Below are positions 1-8,558 of a stretch of DNA of 17,292 bases, piece after piece. The translations under genes were made by a program, and so were the position numbers. A model generated the notes under the pieces. The model was not told where the DNA came from. It did no database searches and saw only the letters and a list, made by a program, of their open reading frames with translations. Origin of the DNA: Chthonomonadales bacterium (GTDB taxonomy: Bacteria; Armatimonadota; Chthonomonadetes; Chthonomonadales; Chthonomonadaceae); contig JBBQPO010000122.1 in NCBI GenBank assembly GCA_038217285.1, forward strand, positions 1 through 17,292, written 5' to 3'. The first letter of the stretch is position 1, and every line of letters starts with the position of its first letter.

Positions 1-160
1 CAAAGCAGGCATAGGTCTTGCGCCGGAAGTCGGCAAGTGTGCTAAAATCCATGTGGGCACCTTCCTTTCTTGTTAACTGAAAGGTACCCAATGGGGCAGC
101 CAAAGTTTATCTTCGGCTGCTCTGTAGTCTAAACGTCAAACGAAAGAGGCACTGGAGACC

Positions 161-523
161 TTGCCTCTCCTGCGCGCTGACCAGGACAAACTCGGCCGTA
201 CATTGGTGAACCTGCTGGGAAATGCGATCAAGTTCACGCGGCAAGGCGGCGTCATTACCCTGACTGCGCGCCATGACGCCCCGCAGAGGGAGGTCATTTT
301 CTCCGTGTCCGATACCGGTGAAGGCATCCCGAAGGAGGCGTTCGAACGCATCTTCGAAAAATTTGGCCAGGTGGAAACACGCCAAGGAGGCCGCAAGATG
401 AGCACCGGATTGGGCCTCACGTTCTGCAAGATGACTGTGGAAGCGCACGGCGGCCGGATCTGGGTGGAGGGCGAATTGGGAAAGGGGAGCACCTTCTCTT
501 TTACCCTCCCGATTACGTCGTAA
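161..523 (+). pseudogene. Stand-alone C-terminal HATPase_c domain of a sensor histidine kinase (probable truncated remnant)
   Basis: N box [11 protein letters not shown]1 [10 protein letters not shown] box IFEKF and G2 STGLGL are intact. An in-frame TAG at 125-127 leaves no room for HisKA or sensor domains. Only a TTG start is available. Confidence 0.7.
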
Positions 524-612
524 TCTCAGGGGCGAATAGCAGGATTTAGCCCGTCGGCTGGCGTAAAGTGGGATCAGCAACCGTTCACACTCCGATGCCT
601 GAAGGGACTCCC

Positions 613-1413
613 ATGCGAATCCAGAATCTGCGTATTCCTCTCTATGCCTGCCTGGCGTTGGCTTTACTACAGGTTTCCAGCGTTTCTGTGGGATCCTCAC
701 CTCGACAGGAGACTCAGGCGAACTCCCTGGATCTCCGTTTCGCGGCGGCAACGCTGGGCAGAGTGATTCCGCTTGCGCCCGCTGGCCCGAAGCCTCCAAG
801 CGTAGATGGCGACCTTTCCGACTGGGGTACGCTCGATCCACGGTCGGGCTGTATCGTACAGGGGATCGACGACGTGTCCGGCTTTGCCAGCGACAAGAGC
901 AAAGACGCGGCGGTTTTCAATCTGCGCTATGACAACCAGGCGCTCTACATCACCGTCCGTGTACTCGATGCCTCCGTAAAGACTCAGGACCCGCCGTATC
1001 TCGGAGACTGTGTCCAGCTCTTCTTAGATGTGCGTCCTACCTCCGGCAGCGGGCCGAAACTCGGGAATCGTGACTATTCCGACGGCGTCTACCAGCTCAT
1101 GATCACCGCCCCGAAGCCGGGCGACAGGACCGTACGCTGGATCGCCGGTAATCAAAAAGTGGCTCCGCTGGGCCCCTTCGATATCGCCGGGCGCGCCCTG
1201 ACGAACGGGTATGCGCTCGAGTTGAGAATTCCTTTTTCCAGCCTGGGCGGAATGACGCCGGAACGCCTGCAAAATCCTATCGGCTTCGACCTCTACGTAG
1301 ACGACACCGTCGCGGTCCCGGCAGCGGCGCACCGGGCCGCGAAGGACTATCACATCGATCCCTCCATCCTGACTCTGTTGGACCAGGCGGCAGGCGCAAA
1401 GCAACCGAAGTAA
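613..1413 (+). CDS. Secreted protein with carbohydrate-binding family 9 (CBM9/DOMON-like) sugar-binding domain
   Basis: ATG at 613 follows GAAGGGA; hydrophobic signal-like N-terminus. Motifs PSVDGDLSDW, YDNQALYITVRVLD, GDCVQLFLD, GYALELRIPFSSL and IGFDLYVDD are typical of CBM9-like domains. Confidence 0.75.
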   Translation: MRIQNLRIPLYACLALALLQVSSVSVGSSPRQETQANSLDLRFAAATLGRVIPLAPAGPKPPSVDGDLSDWGTLDPRSGCIVQGIDDVSGFASDKSKDAAVFNLRYDNQALYITVRVLDASVKTQDPPYLGDCVQLFLDVRPTSGSGPKLGNRDYSDGVYQLMITAPKPGDRTVRWIAGNQKVAPLGPFDIAGRALTNGYALELRIPFSSLGGMTPERLQNPIGFDLYVDDTVAVPAAAHRAAKDYHIDPSILTLLDQAAGAKQPK

Positions 1414-1535
1414 GGCAACGCGCAAGAATTAACGCTCCTCATTTTCGCTTCGAATGAGATGAAAACTGCCTTGATTGTGAAGCAGTTATTCTTGCGCCTG
1501 TCCTAATGTTGTGTGAACCGGCTCGCCCGCACGAC

Positions 1536-1567
1536 AAAAAAGAGCCCTCCCGAATTTGGGAGGGCTC
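1536..1567 (-). terminator. Rho-independent terminator of the RRM gene
   Basis: Perfect 10-bp stem GAGCCCTCCC (1542-1551) / GGGAGGGCTC (1558-1567), 6-nt loop, A-run at 1536-1541 (U-tract on minus strand), 20 nt after the stop codon. Confidence 0.9.
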
Positions 1568-1587
1568 CTCTATTTCAGGACGCGGGA

Positions 1588-1941
1588 TTACCAGCGGCTG
1601 TTGTTGTTGCCGCCGCCGTAGCCGCCGCCGTCGCGATTGCCGCCGCCACCGCCGCCATAACCACCGCCGCCGCCGCTGTTGCGCGGGCGCTCCTCACGGG
1701 GTTTGGCTTCGTTGACGGTCAGGGTGCGTCCGCCCATAAGCGTACCGTTCAGAGTATTGATCGCGGACTGAGCCTCGGCGTCGGTGCCCATCTCCACGAA
1801 GCCGAAGCCCTTGGCCTGGCCGGTATACTTGTCGGTGATCACGCTGGCCGAAGAGACCGTGCCGTGCGAAGAGAACAGGTTCTGCAGTTCCTGCTCGGTT
1901 GCAGAGTAGGGCAGTCCGCCCACATAGATACGAGTTGCCAT
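1588..1941 (-). CDS. RRM-domain RNA-binding protein with Gly-rich tail (bacterial Rbp type)
   Basis: RNP2 IYVGGL, RNP1 KGFGFVEM, RTLTVNEAKPRE, GGGGY tail. AAGGAG SD upstream of the ATG at 1941. Confidence 0.95.
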   Translation of the reverse strand: MATRIYVGGLPYSATEQELQNLFSSHGTVSSASVITDKYTGQAKGFGFVEMGTDAEAQSAINTLNGTLMGGRTLTVNEAKPREERPRNSGGGGGYGGGGGGNRDGGGYGGGNNNSRW

Positions 1942-1947
1942 TGGGAT

Positions 1948-2096
1948 GGCTCCTTTCTTGTTTCCTGATCCGTTCCGGAACAAGGAAATGGTCCTGATGT
2001 CGCGTCACCGGTGGACCGGGACGACATCATAAAGTGGATGAAGTCTGTAAATATCTTCATCATCTGAGACGAGTATCAGGAAATCAAGAAGAAGCC
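1948..2096 (-). promoter_or_regulatory. Structured 5' leader of the RRM gene: multibranch fold whose closing stem covers the SD
   Basis: 2075-2096 is complementary to 1948-1969 (about 21 bp, two 1-nt bulges, one G.U). It encloses hairpins at 1995-2029 and 2037-2061. Confidence 0.6.
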
Positions 2097-2198
2097 TAAC
2101 CAGAAATGCACAGGAGAAGAGCGGAACTAGGGCCGATTCAGGAGTTACATCAAGTGCGGTTCAGTCTAAGAAATTCGTGTCCATGTATCAGATACTCT

Positions 2199-2207
2199 AT
2201 TGTACCA
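2199..2207 (-). promoter_or_regulatory. Extended -10 element (TGgTACAAT), likely promoter of the RRM gene
   Basis: Reverse complement of 2199-2207 is TGGTACAAT, in an AT-rich divergent intergenic region. Implies a 5' UTR of about 250 nt. Confidence 0.5.
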
Positions 2208-2293
2208 CATATTTTATCCTTTGTGCGGCCTAAACAGGTAAAATGTGGCCGTAGTACTCGTCGGGAACCAAAAAAATAAAAGAGGACGACATT

Positions 2294-4468
2294 ATGAACG
2301 TCGGAAGACCAGGGCTGGTGGCTATTATATTGGCGATGCTATGCCTGCCCGGTATGGCCGTGTTCGCGGGCTTTGCACAAGGTTCGCGAGAAGCGGTGAC
2401 GCCGCCCGTGCGGTTTCGCGAACATCTGATCGACCACTTGCCGGGCGCATATCAGTGTTCGGTCGCGGATATGAACGGTGACGGCAAGCCCGACATCCTC
2501 GCGCTCTCCAGCGACAAGAGCGAGATCGCCTGGTACGAGAACCCGACCTGGAAAAAGCATCTTGTCACGACTTCGACGCACGGCAACATCGACATCGCTG
2601 CTTACGACCTGGATGGCGACGGAAAGATGGAGTTGGCCGTCGCCAGCGAGTTCGATCTCGGCAACACGCAGACAGGCGGACGCCTCCAGTGGTTCAAGCC
2701 GGGAGCGGATGTGACGGCTGAGTGGACAGGGCATGACTTCGCGATGCTGCCGACGACCCATCGCCTGCGGTGGGCCGACTGGGACGGCGACGGCAAGAAG
2801 GAGCTGGTCGTCGTTCCTATTCTCGGTCCCGGCGCGATCGCTCCCACCTACATTGCGCCGCTCTCCATCGTCAGCTACGCCTTTGCAAAAGGGGAGGCGC
2901 ACGCCAGAGTGGTAGATCGCTCCCTTACCGTGGCGCATGGCATGCGGATCCTGGATTTCGACGGCGGTGGGCGCGACGATCTGCTCGTGGCGAGTTTTGA
3001 AGGTGTGACGCTCTTCAAGCCGATGGGAAAGGGCAGTGCGCGCACATGGCAGAAGACTCCCCTGGCGGCGGGAGAACAGTCCATGCCTCCCAAACGGGGC
3101 AGCAGTGAGGTGGATCGCGGCTGGCTCAAACCGACTGTGGGAAGCAAGAAGAGACGGCCATTCCTCGCCACCATCGAGCCGTGGCATGGCAACGAGGTCG
3201 TGGTCTATACGCCCCCTGCCGACGGTAAAGGGCTGTGGAAGCGGCAGGTCATCGACGCTACTCTGGAAGACGGACATGCGCTTGTCTGCGCGGATCTGGA
3301 CGGCGACGGACAGAGCGAAATTCTGGCGAGCTATCGCGGTCGCGGGCACAACCTGTACTGCTATCGCTGCCTCAACGCGGACGGCACGCAGTGGGAACGC
3401 TCGGTTATCGATGCAGGCGGCATGGCCGGGGCCGGAATGGTCGCCGCCGATCTGAACGGGGATGGACGCATCGACCTTATCTGCACCGGCGCCGCCACCG
3501 CAAACGTCAAGTGGTACGAAAACCTCGGCTCTACGCAGTCACCGCGCGACAAAGTGAACCCTATCGCCTTTATGCAGCCTCCGATGGGCGCGAAAGCTTT
3601 CTCGGTAGATCGCATCGAAGGGCAGGCAGTGCTTGCGCGGCCTGCCCGAAAATGGTTCAACCCGACGCCGGGACTGCGCATCGCTCTTTTCGATGAGAAA
3701 CACGCGCCGGTCTCCACCGTCGTTTCCGGAGAGAGCGGGCAGTTTCAGTTCGGAGATGTCGCCCCCGGCGCCTACACGTTGGTCGTCGAGTCGGAGACGT
3801 TGCACCTTCTGAGTATCCCGCTTCGGGTCGGAACGAGAACATCGCAAGGCGCGCCCGCAGAGCCTGCGCTGCTGTTGGTTCTGCGCTCGAAGACCGATAG
3901 GAGAAAGAGTGTCGCAACTCCGATCGCCAAAAAGGCGCTGCGCGCCGAGTTGCTGGAGAGGGTTGAAAAGGATCAGGCTATTCGCCACGAACTGATCCAG
4001 CAGGGAATGGACCATCCTGACAAAGAGATCCAGACGCGCATGGCCGCCATCGACGCGCAGAACCTGGCGCGGATCAAAGAGATCGTCCGTCAACACGGAT
4101 GGCCGGGGCCTGCACTCGTCGGGATAGATGGCACAGAAGCCGCCTTCCTGCTGGTTCAGCACAGTCCCCACGAGTTCCAGAAGGAGATGCTGCCACCTAT
4201 TCGGGGCGCGTATCGATCCGGCAAGTTAGATGGGCAGAGTTACGCCCTGTTGCTGGATCGTGTGTTGGTAGGGGACGGCCAGCCTCAAGTCTATGGAACG
4301 CAGACGCTGCCATTTGCTAAGTGGAAGGACAAGGAACCTGCTCTCTTTCCCATCGGGGAGGCGACGCATGTGGATCAGCGTCGCGCGCAGCTCGGGTTGC
4401 CCCCACTGGCGGAGTATGTGAAAATGTTGAAAAAAGCCTATTTCCCACCGGGAAAGGACAGGCCCTAG
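2294..4468 (+). CDS. Secreted multidomain protein: FG-GAP/VCBS beta-propeller (aldos-2-ulose dehydratase-like) + carboxypeptidase-regulatory-like beta-sandwich + DUF6624
   Basis: GAGGA SD and signal peptide. Six DxxGxGxx(D/E)-type repeats and IEPWHGN. Middle domain SGESGQFQFGDVAPGAYTL. DUF6624 motifs LRAELL..DQAIR, HGWPG...VG..G..AAFLLVQH, LLDRV....PQVYGTQ, VDQRRAQLGLPPL. Confidence 0.85.
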   Translation: MNVGRPGLVAIILAMLCLPGMAVFAGFAQGSREAVTPPVRFREHLIDHLPGAYQCSVADMNGDGKPDILALSSDKSEIAWYENPTWKKHLVTTSTHGNIDIAAYDLDGDGKMELAVASEFDLGNTQTGGRLQWFKPGADVTAEWTGHDFAMLPTTHRLRWADWDGDGKKELVVVPILGPGAIAPTYIAPLSIVSYAFAKGEAHARVVDRSLTVAHGMRILDFDGGGRDDLLVASFEGVTLFKPMGKGSARTWQKTPLAAGEQSMPPKRGSSEVDRGWLKPTVGSKKRRPFLATIEPWHGNEVVVYTPPADGKGLWKRQVIDATLEDGHALVCADLDGDGQSEILASYRGRGHNLYCYRCLNADGTQWERSVIDAGGMAGAGMVAADLNGDGRIDLICTGAATANVKWYENLGSTQSPRDKVNPIAFMQPPMGAKAFSVDRIEGQAVLARPARKWFNPTPGLRIALFDEKHAPVSTVVSGESGQFQFGDVAPGAYTLVVESETLHLLSIPLRVGTRTSQGAPAEPALLLVLRSKTDRRKSVATPIAKKALRAELLERVEKDQAIRHELIQQGMDHPDKEIQTRMAAIDAQNLARIKEIVRQHGWPGPALVGIDGTEAAFLLVQHSPHEFQKEMLPPIRGAYRSGKLDGQSYALLLDRVLVGDGQPQVYGTQTLPFAKWKDKEPALFPIGEATHVDQRRAQLGLPPLAEYVKMLKKAYFPPGKDRP

Positions 4469-4548
4469 GAATCCAAGGTGGGCAGGCAAATTGGAATATG
4501 AATCCCTGAAGTGCGCCCTGTCGCCCTTTTTCCGGCAGGAACGGCGTT

Positions 4549-5544
4549 TTATGCCTTCCTCTCCTGCCCAGTGCGGCGGCGACCTCCCTCTTTCCAGAAC
4601 GTAGGATTGCCCCATCGCTCCGTGATGGGGCCCGGCGCGTGGCCAGCGCGGATCCGCTCGAACTCGGAAGGGCTTTCGATGACTTGGTGCCGCCGTTTTG
4701 CGCTTCGAATCAACACATCGGCCTCCGGTGGATAGCAGGCGATCGGTGCCGACGGCTCGTGGGGAAGCTCCTCCGGCAGCCGCGTTATGGGCGCGTTCGT
4801 CGGCAGGCCGGCCGACTGATAACGCAGATCCATCGACCAGCGGATCTCCTCGCTGACGTTCGGTGTGCTGCAGTGGGGCGTGAGGTTCGTCAAGAGCAGG
4901 ACCCCGCCGCGGCGTACAGGCACGGTGACGACCTCACCGGGAGGAAGATCGCTCTGGGCGATCTCGAGGTAGTGGTGTGGCCCGAAGCCGTGCGGCGCGA
5001 CAGCGCCCCGGTGGCCGAAGCGAAGTGCCTGAAGGCATCCGTTCCGTTCATCGGCATCCACGAGCGGTACCCAGCAGGTGAGTATCAGAGCCTGGTCGCA
5101 GTACGGCTCGAAATACCCCGAATCCTGGTGCCACGGCACCACGCCAGGGCCATAATTCGGAAGCTTGGGGCGCAGTCGGTAGACGCTGGAGGCGATCATC
5201 TCTGGGCCGCAGAGAGACTCGGCCACGTCCAGAAGAGGCTCGCATCGAATCATCTCGAAGATGGCAGGGATCGCCAGCGCGCCGTCCGTAATCTCCTTGA
5301 TGACTCGGGGTGTCTTCGCCGTGATCTTCGTAAGCCGGGTCGTGAAGGGCTCGTCGGCATACGTTGACGACAGCTCGCCGGTGCGCACCAGATCGTTCGC
5401 AATTCGGTCGATCTGATCGGTGATGCCCTGCTCCATACCGGCGAGTATCGACTCCGGTATCAGATCCTCGACCACCAGAAATCCCTCGGCGTGAAACTGC
5501 GCGATCTGTTCGGACGAAAGTCCGCGTTGACGTGTGGTTGGCAT
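4549..5544 (-). CDS. Phytanoyl-CoA dioxygenase (PhyH) family Fe(II)/2-oxoglutarate dioxygenase
   Basis: LSSEQIAQFHAEGFLV N-terminus, HxD motif VPWHQDSGY, distal His in LTPHCS, RWSMDLRY. GGAGG SD. Confidence 0.9.
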   Translation of the reverse strand: MPTTRQRGLSSEQIAQFHAEGFLVVEDLIPESILAGMEQGITDQIDRIANDLVRTGELSSTYADEPFTTRLTKITAKTPRVIKEITDGALAIPAIFEMIRCEPLLDVAESLCGPEMIASSVYRLRPKLPNYGPGVVPWHQDSGYFEPYCDQALILTCWVPLVDADERNGCLQALRFGHRGAVAPHGFGPHHYLEIAQSDLPPGEVVTVPVRRGGVLLLTNLTPHCSTPNVSEEIRWSMDLRYQSAGLPTNAPITRLPEELPHEPSAPIACYPPEADVLIRSAKRRHQVIESPSEFERIRAGHAPGPITERWGNPTFWKEGGRRRTGQERKA

Positions 5545-5616
5545 GGTCTCTTCCTCCCGCGCTGTCGCGGCCGCCAGGCGAGCATTCTTTGCGCAGAAGG
5601 CACTGGCGCTTCGCCG

Positions 5617-7632
5617 CTATTCCAGAATGAAGTCTTCGAGTTGCATAGAGGGAAGTCCTGCCAGATTGATGACCTCAAATCCAAGTTTATAGGCTCCCTT
5701 GCCGATCAGGCCCCATCCCATTCTGAGATCGGTCGGGGCATCGAGGTGGAGCGAGGCCTTCCCGGTCCAATCGGCCACATCACCGTCGGCTTTGAGGCGT
5801 GTGTAGGTGGGCCGAATAGAATCGCCGGCGAGGATCGGCATCTGCAGCGGTCCCTGCTTCGTCTGGGCGAAGGCATAGAGCAGTTGGCCGCTGGGCGCAG
5901 CTCCGGCCGCCGTCACCAGGAAGGTGAACTGAACCGCGGTCCATTGGTCGGAACCGGCGCGTTTGATCTGGCCGGGAACATAGGCCAGATAGCTCTCCCC
6001 CTTCGGGTCGAGGGCTTCGAAAGAGGTGATCGGGCAGGTGACCCCCTCCTTCTGATTGGTGAGCATGAACCAGGTGCCCTTGAACCGATGGGCGAGGGTG
6101 CCGTCCGGCAATATGAACGTGGGAAAGCGCCCCAGAATCAGAAGATCGGGGCCATCGTGCGCCAGCATCAGAAAATGGACTTTGTCGATGTCGCCATCCG
6201 TGCATTTCGAGAAGATCTCGATGGGTTTTTCCAGGGATGCCGTCCTTCCTGTCGCCTTCAGCGGAAACAGTTTGGGCTTGTCGGCGTAGTCGTTGACGGC
6301 GACGGAGTAGAGGCTCAGAAAGTTGATCCAGCGGCAGTCTTTGGAGAAGGTACGGGAGAGATAGTCACGCCCCTTCTCCTCGTCCAGCCGAATGCCCTCG
6401 ATGGGGAAGAAGATAGAGATTCCACCGGCGTGGGGAGTGCTGCCTCCAAGCATAAAGTAGGTGACGGCATGGCGAATCGCGTCATCGACCTGCAGAGCGG
6501 CCTCACGCAACGCAGGATCGTCCGATTTTTCGAGCGTCTGCGCGAGATGCATCAGATCGTGCATCTCCTCTTCACCGCCCTCTCCGCGCACTCCGACTTC
6601 GCCGAACTCCTCGGAGACCGCGCGCGGACGCGCCACCTTGATCCAGCCTGCGCGCCCCTTATGCAGCGAGGCGGCGCATCGGTCTCCCAGCGTGGAGACG
6701 GCCGCCTGCAGTGGCGCAAACTGGTCGAGGTTCAGCATCGAGAGCGTGGTGCCTACGGCTTCGGATCGGGCCATCGGATCTTTCGACTCACGAAAGTGAA
6801 TCGTATAGGCGTCTATAATGGCGCGGCCCAGGTCGTACCCGTTCATCGTGGGCTTCTGCACCAGCGCCTTCGACAGCTCATCGTAGTTCCAGCCGCGTCC
6901 CGGCGCCAGCTCTTCCGACGCGACCATGATATGCGTCACAGGCGCGAGCGCTTGCGCTGTCTCGAAGCTTGCCATCAGGCAGGCATCCAGGCCGATCAGG
7001 TCCAGTTTGCCATGCGTCGTCACGAACGGCTCCAGGCCCGCCCGCAGATCGCGCAGACTCATCGTCTTGTCTCCGCTCGACTCATCCACGCAGAGCGCCG
7101 CCCACCCGGAGCCGTGATCCGCGATGATGAGGCCATAGTGGTGGGCCGGAAAAGCCTGGGCCGACGCCGCCAGGAACTTCCGCAGCGTACTGGGATCGGA
7201 CATATCGGTCGCGCCCCAGTCCGCCAGGGATTTCAGTTTGCCTTTCTCGACATGCAGCAGTTTGGCGCCGGACCAGTTCGGCAGCCCGCCGATGGCAACA
7301 TCGGTGTAGCGGTCCTTCGGCTCACTTTTCGCGCTGCGATCGCACAGCATCACGATCTGGACATTCTCGCTGCTTCCCACGTGCAGCATCTCCACGACAT
7401 TGGCCATCTCCGGGGTTTCCAGGGAGTTGTCCGCATCCATATAGACCATCAACGTCCAGTCGGATATGATGGTGGTCTGCCGTGACGCGCCTCTACCGGC
7501 CGCCGGAACAACCGCCGCTGTGATCAGAAGCAGTATCGCCAACGGCAGGCCTGAGAAAGCAGCCAGGCAATGCCGAAGCAGAGCGCTGGTGTGCAGGCGA
7601 ACATTACACCCGTGACTGGAGAGGAGAGGCAT
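5617..7632 (-). CDS. Clostripain-family (peptidase C11) cysteine protease with N-terminal signal/anchor and C-terminal extension
   Basis: WTLMVYMDADNSLE, catalytic His in IIADHGSGW, catalytic Cys in LDLIGLDACLMASFE, VASEE. AAGGAG SD before the ATG at 7632. Confidence 0.9.
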   Translation of the reverse strand: MPLLSSHGCNVRLHTSALLRHCLAAFSGLPLAILLLITAAVVPAAGRGASRQTTIISDWTLMVYMDADNSLETPEMANVVEMLHVGSSENVQIVMLCDRSAKSEPKDRYTDVAIGGLPNWSGAKLLHVEKGKLKSLADWGATDMSDPSTLRKFLAASAQAFPAHHYGLIIADHGSGWAALCVDESSGDKTMSLRDLRAGLEPFVTTHGKLDLIGLDACLMASFETAQALAPVTHIMVASEELAPGRGWNYDELSKALVQKPTMNGYDLGRAIIDAYTIHFRESKDPMARSEAVGTTLSMLNLDQFAPLQAAVSTLGDRCAASLHKGRAGWIKVARPRAVSEEFGEVGVRGEGGEEEMHDLMHLAQTLEKSDDPALREAALQVDDAIRHAVTYFMLGGSTPHAGGISIFFPIEGIRLDEEKGRDYLSRTFSKDCRWINFLSLYSVAVNDYADKPKLFPLKATGRTASLEKPIEIFSKCTDGDIDKVHFLMLAHDGPDLLILGRFPTFILPDGTLAHRFKGTWFMLTNQKEGVTCPITSFEALDPKGESYLAYVPGQIKRAGSDQWTAVQFTFLVTAAGAAPSGQLLYAFAQTKQGPLQMPILAGDSIRPTYTRLKADGDVADWTGKASLHLDAPTDLRMGWGLIGKGAYKLGFEVINLAGLPSMQLEDFILE

Positions 7633-7798
7633 GGGAAGCTCCTTTCGACACCCGATCAAAAAGCGTACGATTCTACGCTCGTTTGCATCAGTGTACCCAA
7701 TTCCGCTGTGAGCGCGTCTTCAACAGAGGCGACAAGGGCAGCTTTCGAGATGACACCGGAGGCTTAGAAGCCAGGAGGCACCGGCCCCTGACCGGCAG

Positions 7799-7847
7799 AA
7801 AATAGAAAAAGAAGCTCCCTTTCGGTTATGTCGAAAGGGAGCTTCTT
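7799..7847 (-). terminator. Rho-independent terminator ending the molybdoenzyme operon
   Basis: Perfect 16-bp stem AAGAAGCTCCCTTTCG (7809-7824) / CGAAAGGGAGCTTCTT (7832-7847), followed on the minus strand by a U-rich tract. Confidence 0.85.
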
Positions 7848-7901
7848 CGCGGCGTATCTTCTTGTCTGGTAGGCGCGACCGGTGATTAGCCGACGCCAAA
7901 G

Positions 7902-8558
7902 CTAGAACGTGCCATAGAAAGCGGTGTTCTGGTCGTTTTTGGTCCAGGTGACGCCGAGGGTCTTGTCCTGGATACCGCTCTCTTTCGTGTAACCGACGCG
8001 GCGGTCTTTGATTTCGATCAGTGGCTTGTACCAGACCATATTGGGCTGTTTGCAGCATTCGTGGTTCGGCATAGCTTCGACAGAAAGCAAGGTAATGCCT
8101 TTGGCTTCCACACGATAGTTCTCGCCGGTGTGCGCGAAGGAGATGGGAGTGCGCTTGATCGCGACGATCATTCCGAACGCCCTACCGTAACGGGCTTTGA
8201 GCGCCGCCGAGAGCGCCTCGAACTGCGCAGGCGTGGCCTTCGCATCGATGTAAAGCGTGGAGCGGCGGGCCGCAGTCTCATCCTGGAGATTGGCGTCGCT
8301 CACGATAGAGGCCAGGGCGGAGAGGCCGGAGAGCGAGGTACCCTTCCAGGCGCCGTCACGGATATGCCAGGCCATCTCGGCCTCGCGGCCGGTCGTCGTC
8401 AGTTCGCCATTATAGTGACAGGCGCCAGCGAAGACGCTCGCGGTGCGGGCTTCCAGATAGTCGCCAGTCAGAGTTTGCTTCTCAGGCTTGGCGACCGTTT
8501 GAGCGTTCGCTGCCGTAACGGAAAGCGTCAGGGCCAGCGTGAGCAGTAGATTTTGCAT
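7902..8558 (-). CDS. Secreted DUF1326-like protein (putative metal-binding)
   Basis: Sec signal ending AANA. GDYLEARTASVFAGACHYNGE and AWHIRDGAWKGTSLSGL resemble the DUF1326 N-terminus; second Cys cluster NHECC. Start abuts the upstream stop codon. Confidence 0.7.
   Translation of the reverse strand: MQNLLLTLALTLSVTAANAQTVAKPEKQTLTGDYLEARTASVFAGACHYNGELTTTGREAEMAWHIRDGAWKGTSLSGLSALASIVSDANLQDETAARRSTLYIDAKATPAQFEALSAALKARYGRAFGMIVAIKRTPISFAHTGENYRVEAKGITLLSVEAMPNHECCKQPNMVWYKPLIEIKDRRVGYTKESGIQDKTLGVTWTKNDQNTAFYGTF

Noticed and set aside
1300-1413. Possible C-terminal truncation of the CBM9-like protein
   Set aside because: The tail still has a DPS motif similar to normal domain ends, so truncation cannot be supported without an alignment.
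1420-1497. Integron attC site, hammerhead ribozyme or purine riboswitch
   Set aside because: The ends do not fit RYYYAAC/GTTRRRY and there is no integrase. The junctions lack the CUGANGA/GAAA core and purine-aptamer nucleotides.
1598-1680. GCC/ACC trinucleotide-rich run
   Set aside because: Encodes the Gly-rich tail of the RRM protein; not an independent repeat element.
5491-7485. 664-aa plus-strand ORF
   Set aside because: Antisense shadow of the clostripain gene. Arg/Gly-rich with no recognisable motifs; expected from GC-rich codon usage.
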